From contig NZ_JBLWGD010000001.1 of the NCBI RefSeq assembly GCF_048381495.1, positions 485,151 through 517,150 of the forward strand: a stretch of 32,000 nucleotides of DNA. The letters run 5' to 3'. Under the pieces are notes generated by a model, which had not been told where the DNA came from, did no database searches, and saw nothing but the letters and a program-made list of their open reading frames with translations. The translations under genes were made by a program, and so were the position numbers. Of the stretch, positions 15,085 to 29,006 are shown piece by piece. Position 1 is the first letter of the stretch, and the number at the start of each line of letters is the position of its first letter. The DNA comes from Algibacter ulvanivorans (lineage in GTDB: Bacteria > Bacteroidota > Bacteroidia > Flavobacteriales > Flavobacteriaceae).

Positions 15085-15139
15085 CTAGACTTAGGATCTA
15101 GTGCCGCGAGGTGTGAGAGTTCGAGTCTCTCCGCCCGCA
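15085..15139 (+). tRNA. tRNA-Leu(UAG) 3' fragment (5'-truncated, not functional); interpreted as the attR core
   Basis: Anticodon arm is CTAGA-CTTAGGA-TCTAG (15085-15101, anticodon TAG at 15092-15094). It has a long variable arm, T arm GAGAG-TTCGAGT-CTCTC (15115-15131), 3' acceptor strand CGCCCGC (15132-15138) and discriminator A15139. The complementary 5' acceptor strand GCGGGCG and a D arm are absent upstream. Confidence 0.75.
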
Positions 15140-15140
15140 C

Positions 15141-15175
15141 AAAAGCCGAAGATTTATCTTCGGCTTTTTTTGTTT
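15141..15175 (+). terminator. Rho-independent terminator directly after the tRNA fragment
   Basis: AAAAGCCGAAGA (15141-15152) pairs with TCTTCGGCTTTT (15157-15168), followed by TTTTGTTTT. Confidence 0.85.
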
Positions 15176-15401
15176 TAAGAGCGTTGTTTTCTTCTTGTTT
15201 TAAGTACGCATAGTGAACTTTCATTTTTTAACGCATGTGTTTTTTTTAAAATACCATTTTTGTGAATTAAAAAACACAGTTTTTCACTTAGGTTTTAATG
15301 ATTAACTAAGCTTTTTTATATGCATAGACTTTATGTTTTATACCAATACGTTAATTGTTGTGCCGGGTGTATCTATCTGTTTTTTAGCTCTTTGCGCGTG
15401 A

Positions 15402-15421
15402 TGTAAAGGTCGTGTAAAGGT
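15402..15421 (+). promoter_or_regulatory. Direct repeat TGTAAAGGT x2 (11-bp spacing) upstream of the SusC-like gene; candidate regulator site
   Basis: 15402-15410 and 15413-15421 are identical, about 70-90 nt upstream of ATG 15492. The regulatory role is inferred only. Confidence 0.25.
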
Positions 15422-15491
15422 GGTTTTTGCCTTTTTTAGTTTCTTTTTTATCAGATTTGTTTTCGAACTAAAACTTTAAACTAATTTTTTT

Positions 15492-18400
15492 ATGAAACAA
15501 AGAAACTTTAAGAACTATTGTTTGTCTTTGGCATTTTTTATTTTATCTGTAGGATGTGTTTTTGCGCAAAAAATAGATGTAAAAGGTGTTGTGAAAGATG
15601 CTAATAACAATGAGTTAATGATTGGCGTTAATGTGTTGGAAAAAGGCACATCTAATGGCGCAGTAACAGATTTTGATGGAAACTACACATTGTCGGTAAA
15701 TAAAGGAGCTACCATTGTATTTAGCTACCTCGGGTATTTAGAAACAGAAATTGTTGTGGGCAACCAAACAACTATAAATGCTTTTTTAGAAGAAAGTATG
15801 GAAGGCCTAGATGAGGTTGTAATTGTTGGATATGGTACTCAAAAGAAAAGTGATGTAACAGGAGCTATAAGTTCGGTAAAAAGTGAAGAACTAAACAAGG
15901 TTGTTACCACTAACCCTGTAGATGCTTTACAGGGTAGAGTTGCAGGTGTTACAGTAACATCGTCTTCTGGAAGTCCGGGCTCGGCAGCAGATATTACTAT
16001 TAGAGGTATTGGAAGTTTTGGAAACAACCAACCTCTTTATATTGTAGATGGTGTACAGGCAGATCCGTATTTTATAAATGCTAATGATATTGAATCTGTT
16101 GAGGTATTAAAAGATGCAGCATCGGGTGCAATTTATGGTACAAGAGCAGCAAACGGTGTAGTAATTATTACCACAAAAAAAGGTAAGAAAGGTAAAGTTA
16201 GAATTGATGTTGAAAGCTCATTAAGTACCAACACCACAAGAAATGATATGGAACTGTTAGATGCCAACGGTTATTTAACAGTACACAGGCAAATGTATGA
16301 GAATGCAGGGGCAAGCTTACCTCAATACATTCAAAACCCACCTAATGTAAATACCAATTGGATTGATGAAACCCACAGAAATGGTCAATTAAACATGTTA
16401 AATGTTAGAGTTAGTGGAGCGTCTGATAACATAAACTATAGCGTTGCTGGAAGTTTTGCCGATGAAAAAGGAATTTTAATAGGTTCTGGATTCACAAAAA
16501 AAGGATTAAATGCAAATGTAGGAATTACAAAAGGTAAGCTAAAAATTACTACAAATTTAAATTATAACGAAACAAAGCGCGAAGATTATAAATTCTCAAT
16601 TAGAGAAACCTATTTTATATCGCCTTTAATACCTGTGTTTGATAGTTCTAAGCCATCAGGATTTGGTTACAGAGATGGAGATATACCAGACCATAGAAAC
16701 CCTGTTGGAGAAGATGCTTTAATAGATGGGTATACTAAATCTAAATATTTTTTAGGAAACATTGGTTTTAATTACGAAATTATTGAAGGCTTAAATGTAA
16801 ATGCCAATTTTTCTTTAGCGAATACGAATAATTATACTTATGCTTTTCATCCGCCTTTTAAAGTAAGAGATATAGACGATAATCCACAAAACGAATATGC
16901 TTTTGTATCAGAGTATAATAGTGAGTTTAGACGATTAAATCAAGAGTATACTATTAATTATAAGTTTGATGTTAAAAAGCATGCATTTAATTTATTGGCA
17001 GGTTATCAAAGAATTTCAGAACCATTTAGAGAAACATATACTCAAGCCGAAGGGTATAAATTAGATGATGATGGGAATAAAGTACCAGCAGTTATATTAG
17101 ACCCTAGTTTTAATACTTTAAATGCTTTTAACGACGGAACTTACTTTGGTTCTGGAACTAATGCAGAATATGCTTTAGTATCGCAATTTGGTAGACTTAA
17201 TTATGCTTTTAATGATAGATATTTATTACAAGCAAGTGTGCGTAGAGATGGTAGTTCTAAATTTGGTAAAAACAATAAATATGGAGTTTTTCCATCGTTT
17301 GCATTGGGTTGGAAAATTACCGATGAAAACTTTATGCAAAACCAAGATATCTTTAATTTTTTAAAGTTACGTTATAGTTGGGGGCAAGCAGGTAACGATA
17401 GTGCTTTAGGGTACTATGATTATATAGCGTTAATCTCTCAAGGAAAAGATCAAAATTCTGGTGGTTACGTATTTGGAAACCCTCAAAACTCATATTTAGG
17501 AAGTATAGCTAGAGATTTACAGAACGACGATTTACAATGGGAAACCAATACCTCGTCAAATTTTGGTGTAGATTTTGCCTCGTTAGGAAATAAACTAAAA
17601 GGATCTATTAACTATTACGCTACAACCACAGAAGATTTACTTATAATTAAAGAGGTTTCGCCATCTAGTGGAGTAAACAATCCAACAGTAAATGTTGGCG
17701 AATTTAAAAATAATGGTTTAGAGTTTGAATTAGGTTATAATAACCGAAGTGGAGCCCTAAACTATTCGGCACAAGCAACTTTTACAACAGTAAATAGCGA
17801 GGTTACTAGCCTGAGTAACGATGCACAAAAAATATATGGTGTTGGTTTATTATTTGGATCAGATCACTTTGTAAATCAAACTCAAGTGGGGTATGAGCCT
17901 GGAGCTTATTTTTTACCAGTTGCAGATGGTATTTTTCAAAATCAAGCCGAGATTGATGCTCATGGAGCTCAACCAGATGCTTCACCCGGAGATATAAGAT
18001 TTGTAGATCAAAATAACGATAATGTTATAGACTCTCAAGACGAAACTTACCAAGGCACAGCAATTCCTAAATATGAGTATAGTTTAAATTTATCTGCCGA
18101 TTATAAAGGGTTCGATTTTAATATATTTTTCCAAGGTGTTGGAGGTAATAAAATATATAACGGTAATGATTTTAGATTATTAAGTTTAGATACTGGAAGA
18201 AATTTTAGAAAAGAAGCTTTAAACGCTTGGACACCTTCAAACACCAATACAAGTGTCCCAAGAGCCGTTTTAGGAGACCCAAATAGAAATAACAGAGCAT
18301 CTACTAGATTTTTAGAAGATGGAGACTATTTAAGAATTAAAACAATACAGTTAGGGTATTCTCTACCTGCTAATGTTTTAGAAACTTTAGCCGTAGATAA

Positions 18401-18557
18401 ACTAAGAATTTACATGACAGGGCAAAACCTATTTACCTTTACAAACTATAGCGGATTAGATCCAGAAGTAGGTGGTAGCGTATTGTCTAGAGGTATTGAT
18501 AGAAACTTGTATCCAAAATATAAATCTGTAATTTTTGGTGTACAACTTCAATTTTAA
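15492..18557 (+). CDS. SusC/RagA-family TonB-dependent outer-membrane transporter
   Basis: Signal peptide, N-terminal carboxypeptidase-regulatory-like domain (KGVVKDANNNELMIGVNV...), TonB box DEVVIVGYGTQKK and a C-terminal beta-barrel ending in F. It is followed by a SusD-like gene. Confidence 0.95.
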   Translation: MKQRNFKNYCLSLAFFILSVGCVFAQKIDVKGVVKDANNNELMIGVNVLEKGTSNGAVTDFDGNYTLSVNKGATIVFSYLGYLETEIVVGNQTTINAFLEESMEGLDEVVIVGYGTQKKSDVTGAISSVKSEELNKVVTTNPVDALQGRVAGVTVTSSSGSPGSAADITIRGIGSFGNNQPLYIVDGVQADPYFINANDIESVEVLKDAASGAIYGTRAANGVVIITTKKGKKGKVRIDVESSLSTNTTRNDMELLDANGYLTVHRQMYENAGASLPQYIQNPPNVNTNWIDETHRNGQLNMLNVRVSGASDNINYSVAGSFADEKGILIGSGFTKKGLNANVGITKGKLKITTNLNYNETKREDYKFSIRETYFISPLIPVFDSSKPSGFGYRDGDIPDHRNPVGEDALIDGYTKSKYFLGNIGFNYEIIEGLNVNANFSLANTNNYTYAFHPPFKVRDIDDNPQNEYAFVSEYNSEFRRLNQEYTINYKFDVKKHAFNLLAGYQRISEPFRETYTQAEGYKLDDDGNKVPAVILDPSFNTLNAFNDGTYFGSGTNAEYALVSQFGRLNYAFNDRYLLQASVRRDGSSKFGKNNKYGVFPSFALGWKITDENFMQNQDIFNFLKLRYSWGQAGNDSALGYYDYIALISQGKDQNSGGYVFGNPQNSYLGSIARDLQNDDLQWETNTSSNFGVDFASLGNKLKGSINYYATTTEDLLIIKEVSPSSGVNNPTVNVGEFKNNGLEFELGYNNRSGALNYSAQATFTTVNSEVTSLSNDAQKIYGVGLLFGSDHFVNQTQVGYEPGAYFLPVADGIFQNQAEIDAHGAQPDASPGDIRFVDQNNDNVIDSQDETYQGTAIPKYEYSLNLSADYKGFDFNIFFQGVGGNKIYNGNDFRLLSLDTGRNFRKEALNAWTPSNTNTSVPRAVLGDPNRNNRASTRFLEDGDYLRIKTIQLGYSLPANVLETLAVDKLRIYMTGQNLFTFTNYSGLDPEVGGSVLSRGIDRNLYPKYKSVIFGVQLQF

Positions 18558-18576
18558 CATAACTAAATAAAAGAAA

Positions 18577-20124
18577 ATGAAAAATATATATAAGATAGTA
18601 GCGGTAGTTTCTTTTTTATTACCAGCTATAACCTCGTGTAGTGATGACGAGTTTTTAGAGCAAACATCTCCAGACCAATTAACCTCCGAAAGTTTTTGGA
18701 GAAATGCAGAAGATGCACAATCTGGTTTAGTGGCAGCTTATTCAGAGTTAGAGTCAAGAAGTAATTTTTGGGACGGGTGGCAAGAAGGAAGATCTGTTGT
18801 TGAGTATTTTAGATCTGATTATGCTTTGCCAGGTCCCGATGCATCTAATTACGCGCATTGGATGTCTATCTTTAATTTTAACTATACTAACGGACATACA
18901 TTTTTAGATGTAATATGGACCACCAATTATAAAGGATTAAACTTTTCTAACCAAGTACTTACAAAAGTTGGTGAAATGACATCGGAACAAATATCCGATG
19001 CAGAAAAACAACAAATATTAGGAGAAGCTACCTTTTTAAGAGCCTATTATCATTTTAAATTGTTAACGTTTTACGAACAAATTATTGTTAGAACAGAGCT
19101 AATTTCTAATGAAACTTTAGATAAACCATTATCAACTAGACCAGAAGCATGGGAAACTGTTATTAACGATTTTAAACAAGCTGCAAATATGTTACAAACG
19201 GTTGATAATACAGAGCCAGGAAGAGCAACAAAAGGTGCTGCTCTAGCATATTTAGGAAAAGCTTATATGTATAAAGCAGGAGACGATACTTCTGCCGAAA
19301 CTACAGATTTTGAAAACGCAGTAGCAGCTTTTAAACAAATTGTAGACGGAACTGTAGGTACTTATGCCTTAGAACCCGATTTTTTAAGCCTGTTTAATGG
19401 TGAAAATGAAAATAACTCAGAGTCTGTTTTCGAATTGCAGTTTAAAAGTGGCGATGCTACTTCCTGGAACGCAACACGATTACATGCCTTTGTAGGAGAT
19501 TGGTCTATTGGTGGCTGGGGTGGTATAGCAGCTAGCATGAACCTTGTAAACACAATGAAAAGCGAAGGTATGGTGGCAGGAAGTGGTTTGTATGATAATA
19601 GATTGTATGGGTCGCTTTATTTTAAAGACCCATTTTATAACGATACTAATACTAACGAAATGCAAGGGGGTACATGGGATATTTTAATGACCGATACTTA
19701 CGGTAATACAAACGATAATGCAGCTTATTTTAGAAAATGGCTACCTAATTATGTTTGGAATAATGGTTATGTTGGTGTTAATGTTGTATTAATGCGTTAT
19801 GCCGATGTTCTATTAATGTATGCCGAAGCTTTAAACGAAACTGGCGGAACACCGCAAGCTATAGATATAATAAACGAAGTTAGAGATGTACATGGAGATA
19901 TGCCTCCAATAACAGTAACTGCTCAAGCCGATGTTAAAACTCAAATTATTCATGAAAGAACTATGGAGTTAACATTAGAATCGGTTAGATTTTTTGATTT
20001 AAGAAGATGGGGTATGTTAGATTCAGCTATGCAGGCAGCAGGAAGAAGTAATTTTGATGCTACAACACATGCTTATTTACCAATACCATTGTCTGAAATT
20101 CAATCAAATTCAGAAATCAATTAG
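18577..20124 (+). CDS. SusD/RagB-family nutrient-binding outer-membrane lipoprotein
   Basis: Lipoprotein signal (LLPAITSCSDD), TPR-like helical body, the typical LMRYADVLLMYAEALNE and ERTMELTLESVRFFDLRRW motifs, and pairing with SusC. Confidence 0.95.
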   Translation: MKNIYKIVAVVSFLLPAITSCSDDEFLEQTSPDQLTSESFWRNAEDAQSGLVAAYSELESRSNFWDGWQEGRSVVEYFRSDYALPGPDASNYAHWMSIFNFNYTNGHTFLDVIWTTNYKGLNFSNQVLTKVGEMTSEQISDAEKQQILGEATFLRAYYHFKLLTFYEQIIVRTELISNETLDKPLSTRPEAWETVINDFKQAANMLQTVDNTEPGRATKGAALAYLGKAYMYKAGDDTSAETTDFENAVAAFKQIVDGTVGTYALEPDFLSLFNGENENNSESVFELQFKSGDATSWNATRLHAFVGDWSIGGWGGIAASMNLVNTMKSEGMVAGSGLYDNRLYGSLYFKDPFYNDTNTNEMQGGTWDILMTDTYGNTNDNAAYFRKWLPNYVWNNGYVGVNVVLMRYADVLLMYAEALNETGGTPQAIDIINEVRDVHGDMPPITVTAQADVKTQIIHERTMELTLESVRFFDLRRWGMLDSAMQAAGRSNFDATTHAYLPIPLSEIQSNSEIN

Positions 20125-20155
20125 TATAGAATAGAGTTTGTTTAGTTTAAGCTCG

Positions 20156-20189
20156 AAGAGTTGTCTTTTTTAATTAAAAGGCAACTCTT
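20156..20189 (+). terminator. AT-rich hairpin after the SusD-like gene
   Basis: AAGAGTTG (20156-20163) pairs with CAACTCTT (20182-20189), with an inner CTTTT/AAAAG extension. There is no clean T tract. Confidence 0.4.
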
Positions 20190-20466
20190 TAAAATATACT
20201 TATCCGTTTTATAGTGTTTAACAAAAGGCAACGTTCTTTTTGGTAAATAACACGCTTTATGGGGTGTAACCCCTTATATAAATACTTTTAGCTTTAAGTA
20301 ATATGTTTTTATGTAAAATTCCATTTTTAATAAATACCATGTTAAAGATTAAAAAGTATAATATTTAATAAATTGAGTTAGTTTTGAGTTGTTTGATAAA
20401 GAGCTTTAGCATAAGCAATTTATTTATGCTATTGCTCTTTTTTTGCTCGAGTAAAACCTTGTAATT

Positions 20467-25657
<5,191 letters not shown>

Positions 25658-25749
25658 GCGAAGTTTTTGTAATTACCATTTAAGGCTCTTTAAGTTAACG
25701 TAAGCTTGTAAAAGCATTGCTTTATAAGAAGGTTTAATAAAATGAGGAT

Positions 25750-25815
25750 AAAAAAAACGATATTAGAATAATTAAAAACACGATTTTGTTTAAAATTATT
25801 ATAATATCGCTTTTT
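25750..25815. terminator. Bidirectional intrinsic terminator between convergent genes
   Basis: CGATATTAGAATAATT (25758-25773) pairs with AATTATTATAATATCG (25794-25809) with one mismatch. It is flanked by an A-run upstream and CTTTTT downstream. Confidence 0.8.
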
Positions 25816-25849
25816 CAATAAAGCCAAAAATGTTAATTACAAATTAATC

Positions 25850-28800
25850 TTATTCTTCTAATTGCATAAAATCTTCACATAAAATTTTCTTCAAATAGAA
25901 AATTAATTCTTCAGCATTTTCTTGTGTAAAAATTATAGGGGGTTTTATTTTTAAAACATTATGGTCTGGGCCATCTGTACTCATTAAAATACCGTGGTCT
26001 TTCATTCGGTTTGCAAGATATTCTGTTTGTGTAGCTAACGGGTTTATATTAGCATCAACTAATTCTATGCCTAAAAATAAGCCTTGCCCTCGTACATCAC
26101 CAATTATAGGGGATTGGTTTGATAATTTGTTTAATTCGGCTTTTAAAAACTCTCCTATTTTTAAAGCGTTGGCTTGTAGTTTTTCTTGTTTTACTGTTTT
26201 TAAAACAGCGGTTCCAATAGCGCAAGAAACTGGGTTTCCGCCAAAGGTGTTAAAATACTCCATGCCGTTTGCAAATGCATTAGCTACGGCTTGTGTGCAC
26301 GCTACGGCAGCCAACGGGTGCCCGTTACCTAAAGGTTTACCAATGGTTACAATGTCGGGAACAACATTATGTAATTGAAAGCCCCAAAATGTTTTGCCCA
26401 TTCTACCACAACCAACCTGTACTTCGTCAGAAATACATAAGCCGCCAGCATCTCGAACCATTTTGTAAGCTTTAGCTAAAAAACCATCAGGAAGCTCTAT
26501 TTGTCCGCCGCAACTAATAATAGGTTCAATTATAAAAGCACCAACGCCTCTACCTTTTGCGTGTATTGTGTCTATTTGCTTTTGTACTTCTTGAGCGTAT
26601 TTTTTGGCCGTATTTTCGCCTCTGTATTTACCGCGAAAAGCATCAGGAAGCGGAAAAATATGTGTGTGTTCTGGTGCACCTTGGCCACCTTTTCCATCAA
26701 ATTTATACGACGAAATATCAATGCACATGTTGGCATTGCCATGGTAACCAATTTCGCTGGCAATAATATCACGCTCGCCAGTTGTTGCTTTTACCATTCT
26801 TATAGCTAACTCGTTGGCTTCGCTACCAGAATTTACAAAATGTAAAACGTTTAATTCTGGCGGTAGGGTTTCAATTAATTCTTTTGCTAAAGCGTTAATG
26901 TTGTCGTGTAAATAACGCGAGTTGGTATTAATAAGGGCCATTTGGTCTTGTCCTGCCTTTACTACATTGTAGTTTTCATGGCCAACATGTGCTACATTGT
27001 TAACCGTATCTAAATATTTTTTGCCGTATTGGTCTATTAAGTACTGGCCAGCACCGCGTACCATTTTTATAGGTGTTTTGTATTGTAAACTTAGGCTTTT
27101 TCCTAAATGTTGTTTGCGGTAGTTTATTAAATCGTTGTTGGTAACAGTATCTTTTTTTTCAAGAGTTTCTAATTTAAACAACGCATTTGGGTTTGGACAT
27201 AAGCTTTTCCAAATGTTTATTTGATTAAAATAGGTTACTCCAGGAAAATCATTTTTGTAATCTAATAGCGAAAGCATAATTTGAAAATGAAGGTGTGGTA
27301 CCCAATTTCCATTTTCGGAAGCTGCTCCCAATTCTCCAATGCAATCTCCTTTTTTTATGATATGTCCAACACTATAAGCTGTAGCACTTTTAATACTTAA
27401 ATGGCCGTATAGCGTATAGAAATTAAAATGATTTGTTTGGTGTTTTAATACTATTAACCCGCCGTACTCTTTATTGCCAGTATTATTGGTAGATATAACA
27501 ACTTCGCCGTCAAATAACGCATGAATGGGAGTGTTTTTAGGTAGCCAAAAATCGGTGCCTAAGTGAATGGTTCTGCTTTCTCGACCTGAATTTCCAATTT
27601 TATCATAAGCTGTAGATGTATATAAAGCACGGGGCTCTAAATAACCTCCAGCAATAATTTTATTTGGGTTTTCTTTTTGAAGTTTTTCAATTTTAAATTG
27701 AAATAAATCTAAATCGTTAAAATCATTTTCATGTCCAATCCAAGAACTAGATGCGCTTAAGTCTAAATGAAGTGCTTCTAAATTATGAATTGTAGGGAAT
27801 AAATCTGAAAGCTTAAAATGTTGTTTTAAGGCCCAGTTTTTAAATTTGGTTTCGTTAGTATGAGGTGTAAAACCGCAAGCTTCACGAAAATTTAATAATG
27901 CAAATTCTGGGCTTATTTTATACCATTTTTTTAAAACTTCCCAGGCTGGTTTTTCGCTAATAAGCAAATAGGTATTATCTGGTTCTTTAATTTTGTTAAT
28001 AGCCGATTTGGTTACCGATATTACCAAGCGCATGGCTATGACATTATATAAGTGTTCTAACTCGTTTTCTTGTAAAGGAAAAGAGTGATGATATCCTTTA
28101 ATTATTGGTAAAGCAGCTTCTAGAGGGTCGTTATGATGCATAACGCAATAGGCACAACTTATAGCTAAATCGTTTATAATTTGGGTGTGTACAGAGTCGC
28201 CGTAATCAATAGCTGCTTTTACTGTTGGATTAAGTAAATCTTTAGAAACAATAACATTATTATCGTTGGCATCATTATGTACAACGGCTTTTCTTAAAAC
28301 ATCATAACTTGGTTTTACGGTTTTAAATGCCTTTTGAAAATATAAAATTATTTCTTTCTCATCAGCTTTAAATAAATCTATATGTGCTTCTGTCCATAAA
28401 GATTGGGCAACATCCCAAGCAAATTCACGGTTGGCTTCAGCATGCTTAAAGCCTTGTAAAGCTTTGGTTAATAAACCACATTGTTTACCTAAACTGTAGC
28501 GTAAATTATCAAGTTGTGGGTTTACGTTGCTCCATACTCTACCAGAAACCCATGTTAATAGTCGTACATTTCTTGTGTTTCCAAAAGCATCAGTAATAGA
28601 TGTAATGGCTTGTCCGTTTTTATCTTTTACAACTTTTGGAGCTAAAAGGTTGTTGCCATGGTTTTCTACATGTTGTAATAATTTTTGCTGAAAATCTAGA
28701 TAGTTTTCATTTTCATTAGGGCGAGATATTTTTAGGATATAGCCTTCTTCATTTTCAACTTTAATTCTAAAATTAAAATCAACTTCTCCTGGGAGTTCGG

Positions 28801-28882
28801 ATGCTTTTCCTTTTAAATTGAACCAGTTGAAGAGTATATTTTCAGCCTGTTGAGTGGTTATTTTTAAATTAGTGTAATTCAT
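25850..28882 (-). CDS. Tri-domain fusion: APH/hydroxylysine-kinase-like phosphotransferase + M23 metallopeptidase-like domain + class-III aminotransferase-fold (phospho-lyase-like) domain
   Basis: Kinase domain: VHNDANDNNV (HxDxxxxN, aa 202-209) and IDYGD. M23 domain: HLGTD (aa 440-444), YGHLS and PHLHFQI (aa 530-532). AT-III domain: NSGSEANE, DEVQVGCGRMGK and TIGKPLGNGHPLAAV (Lys849), close to the AGXT2L/ETNPPL GKPMGNGHP motif. Confidence 0.85.
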   Translation of the reverse strand: MNYTNLKITTQQAENILFNWFNLKGKASELPGEVDFNFRIKVENEEGYILKISRPNENENYLDFQQKLLQHVENHGNNLLAPKVVKDKNGQAITSITDAFGNTRNVRLLTWVSGRVWSNVNPQLDNLRYSLGKQCGLLTKALQGFKHAEANREFAWDVAQSLWTEAHIDLFKADEKEIILYFQKAFKTVKPSYDVLRKAVVHNDANDNNVIVSKDLLNPTVKAAIDYGDSVHTQIINDLAISCAYCVMHHNDPLEAALPIIKGYHHSFPLQENELEHLYNVIAMRLVISVTKSAINKIKEPDNTYLLISEKPAWEVLKKWYKISPEFALLNFREACGFTPHTNETKFKNWALKQHFKLSDLFPTIHNLEALHLDLSASSSWIGHENDFNDLDLFQFKIEKLQKENPNKIIAGGYLEPRALYTSTAYDKIGNSGRESRTIHLGTDFWLPKNTPIHALFDGEVVISTNNTGNKEYGGLIVLKHQTNHFNFYTLYGHLSIKSATAYSVGHIIKKGDCIGELGAASENGNWVPHLHFQIMLSLLDYKNDFPGVTYFNQINIWKSLCPNPNALFKLETLEKKDTVTNNDLINYRKQHLGKSLSLQYKTPIKMVRGAGQYLIDQYGKKYLDTVNNVAHVGHENYNVVKAGQDQMALINTNSRYLHDNINALAKELIETLPPELNVLHFVNSGSEANELAIRMVKATTGERDIIASEIGYHGNANMCIDISSYKFDGKGGQGAPEHTHIFPLPDAFRGKYRGENTAKKYAQEVQKQIDTIHAKGRGVGAFIIEPIISCGGQIELPDGFLAKAYKMVRDAGGLCISDEVQVGCGRMGKTFWGFQLHNVVPDIVTIGKPLGNGHPLAAVACTQAVANAFANGMEYFNTFGGNPVSCAIGTAVLKTVKQEKLQANALKIGEFLKAELNKLSNQSPIIGDVRGQGLFLGIELVDANINPLATQTEYLANRMKDHGILMSTDGPDHNVLKIKPPIIFTQENAEELIFYLKKILCEDFMQLEE

Positions 28883-29006
28883 AATTTATTAATAAATCAG
28901 GTGTTAATAAAAAGCAGTTGATTTAACTTTATTATTGAAATACTAAATGTATAGAATTCATTACTAAAATTTATCTTTTTTAATAATTAAGTTGTTTTAA
29001 TTTGAG

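Larger units (their letters stand above)
1..15139. mobile_element. Right-hand portion of an integrated mobilizable/conjugative element (IME/ICE); left end lies beyond position 1
   Basis: Tyrosine integrase (13667-14881) sits next to a 5'-truncated tRNA-Leu fragment (15085-15139). The region also has a BtgA/BtgB-like mobilization pair, ssb, DUF932 and metal-resistance cargo. No second copy of the tRNA fragment was seen in the window. Confidence 0.7.

Noticed and set aside
15055-15139. Possible intact tRNA-Leu gene
   Set aside because: The 3' acceptor strand CGCCCGC has no complementary GCGGGCG, and no D arm occurs at the expected 5' position. The sequence there is TTTGTGTTTCTTTGATGCAATATA. 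Only the anticodon arm to the 3' end is tRNA-like.
15036-15224. 62-aa minus-strand ORF
   Set aside because: It lies antisense across the tRNA-Leu fragment and its terminator. The translated sequence is explained by those RNA elements, so it is not considered coding.
20200-20466. Possible small RNA or riboswitch in the SusD-to-hydrolase spacer
   Set aside because: Only short AT-rich hairpins (GGGGTGTAACCCC; AGCAAT/ATTGCT plus a T-run) were seen, with no recognisable riboswitch core. It is kept as a remark under the PUL finding rather than as a feature.
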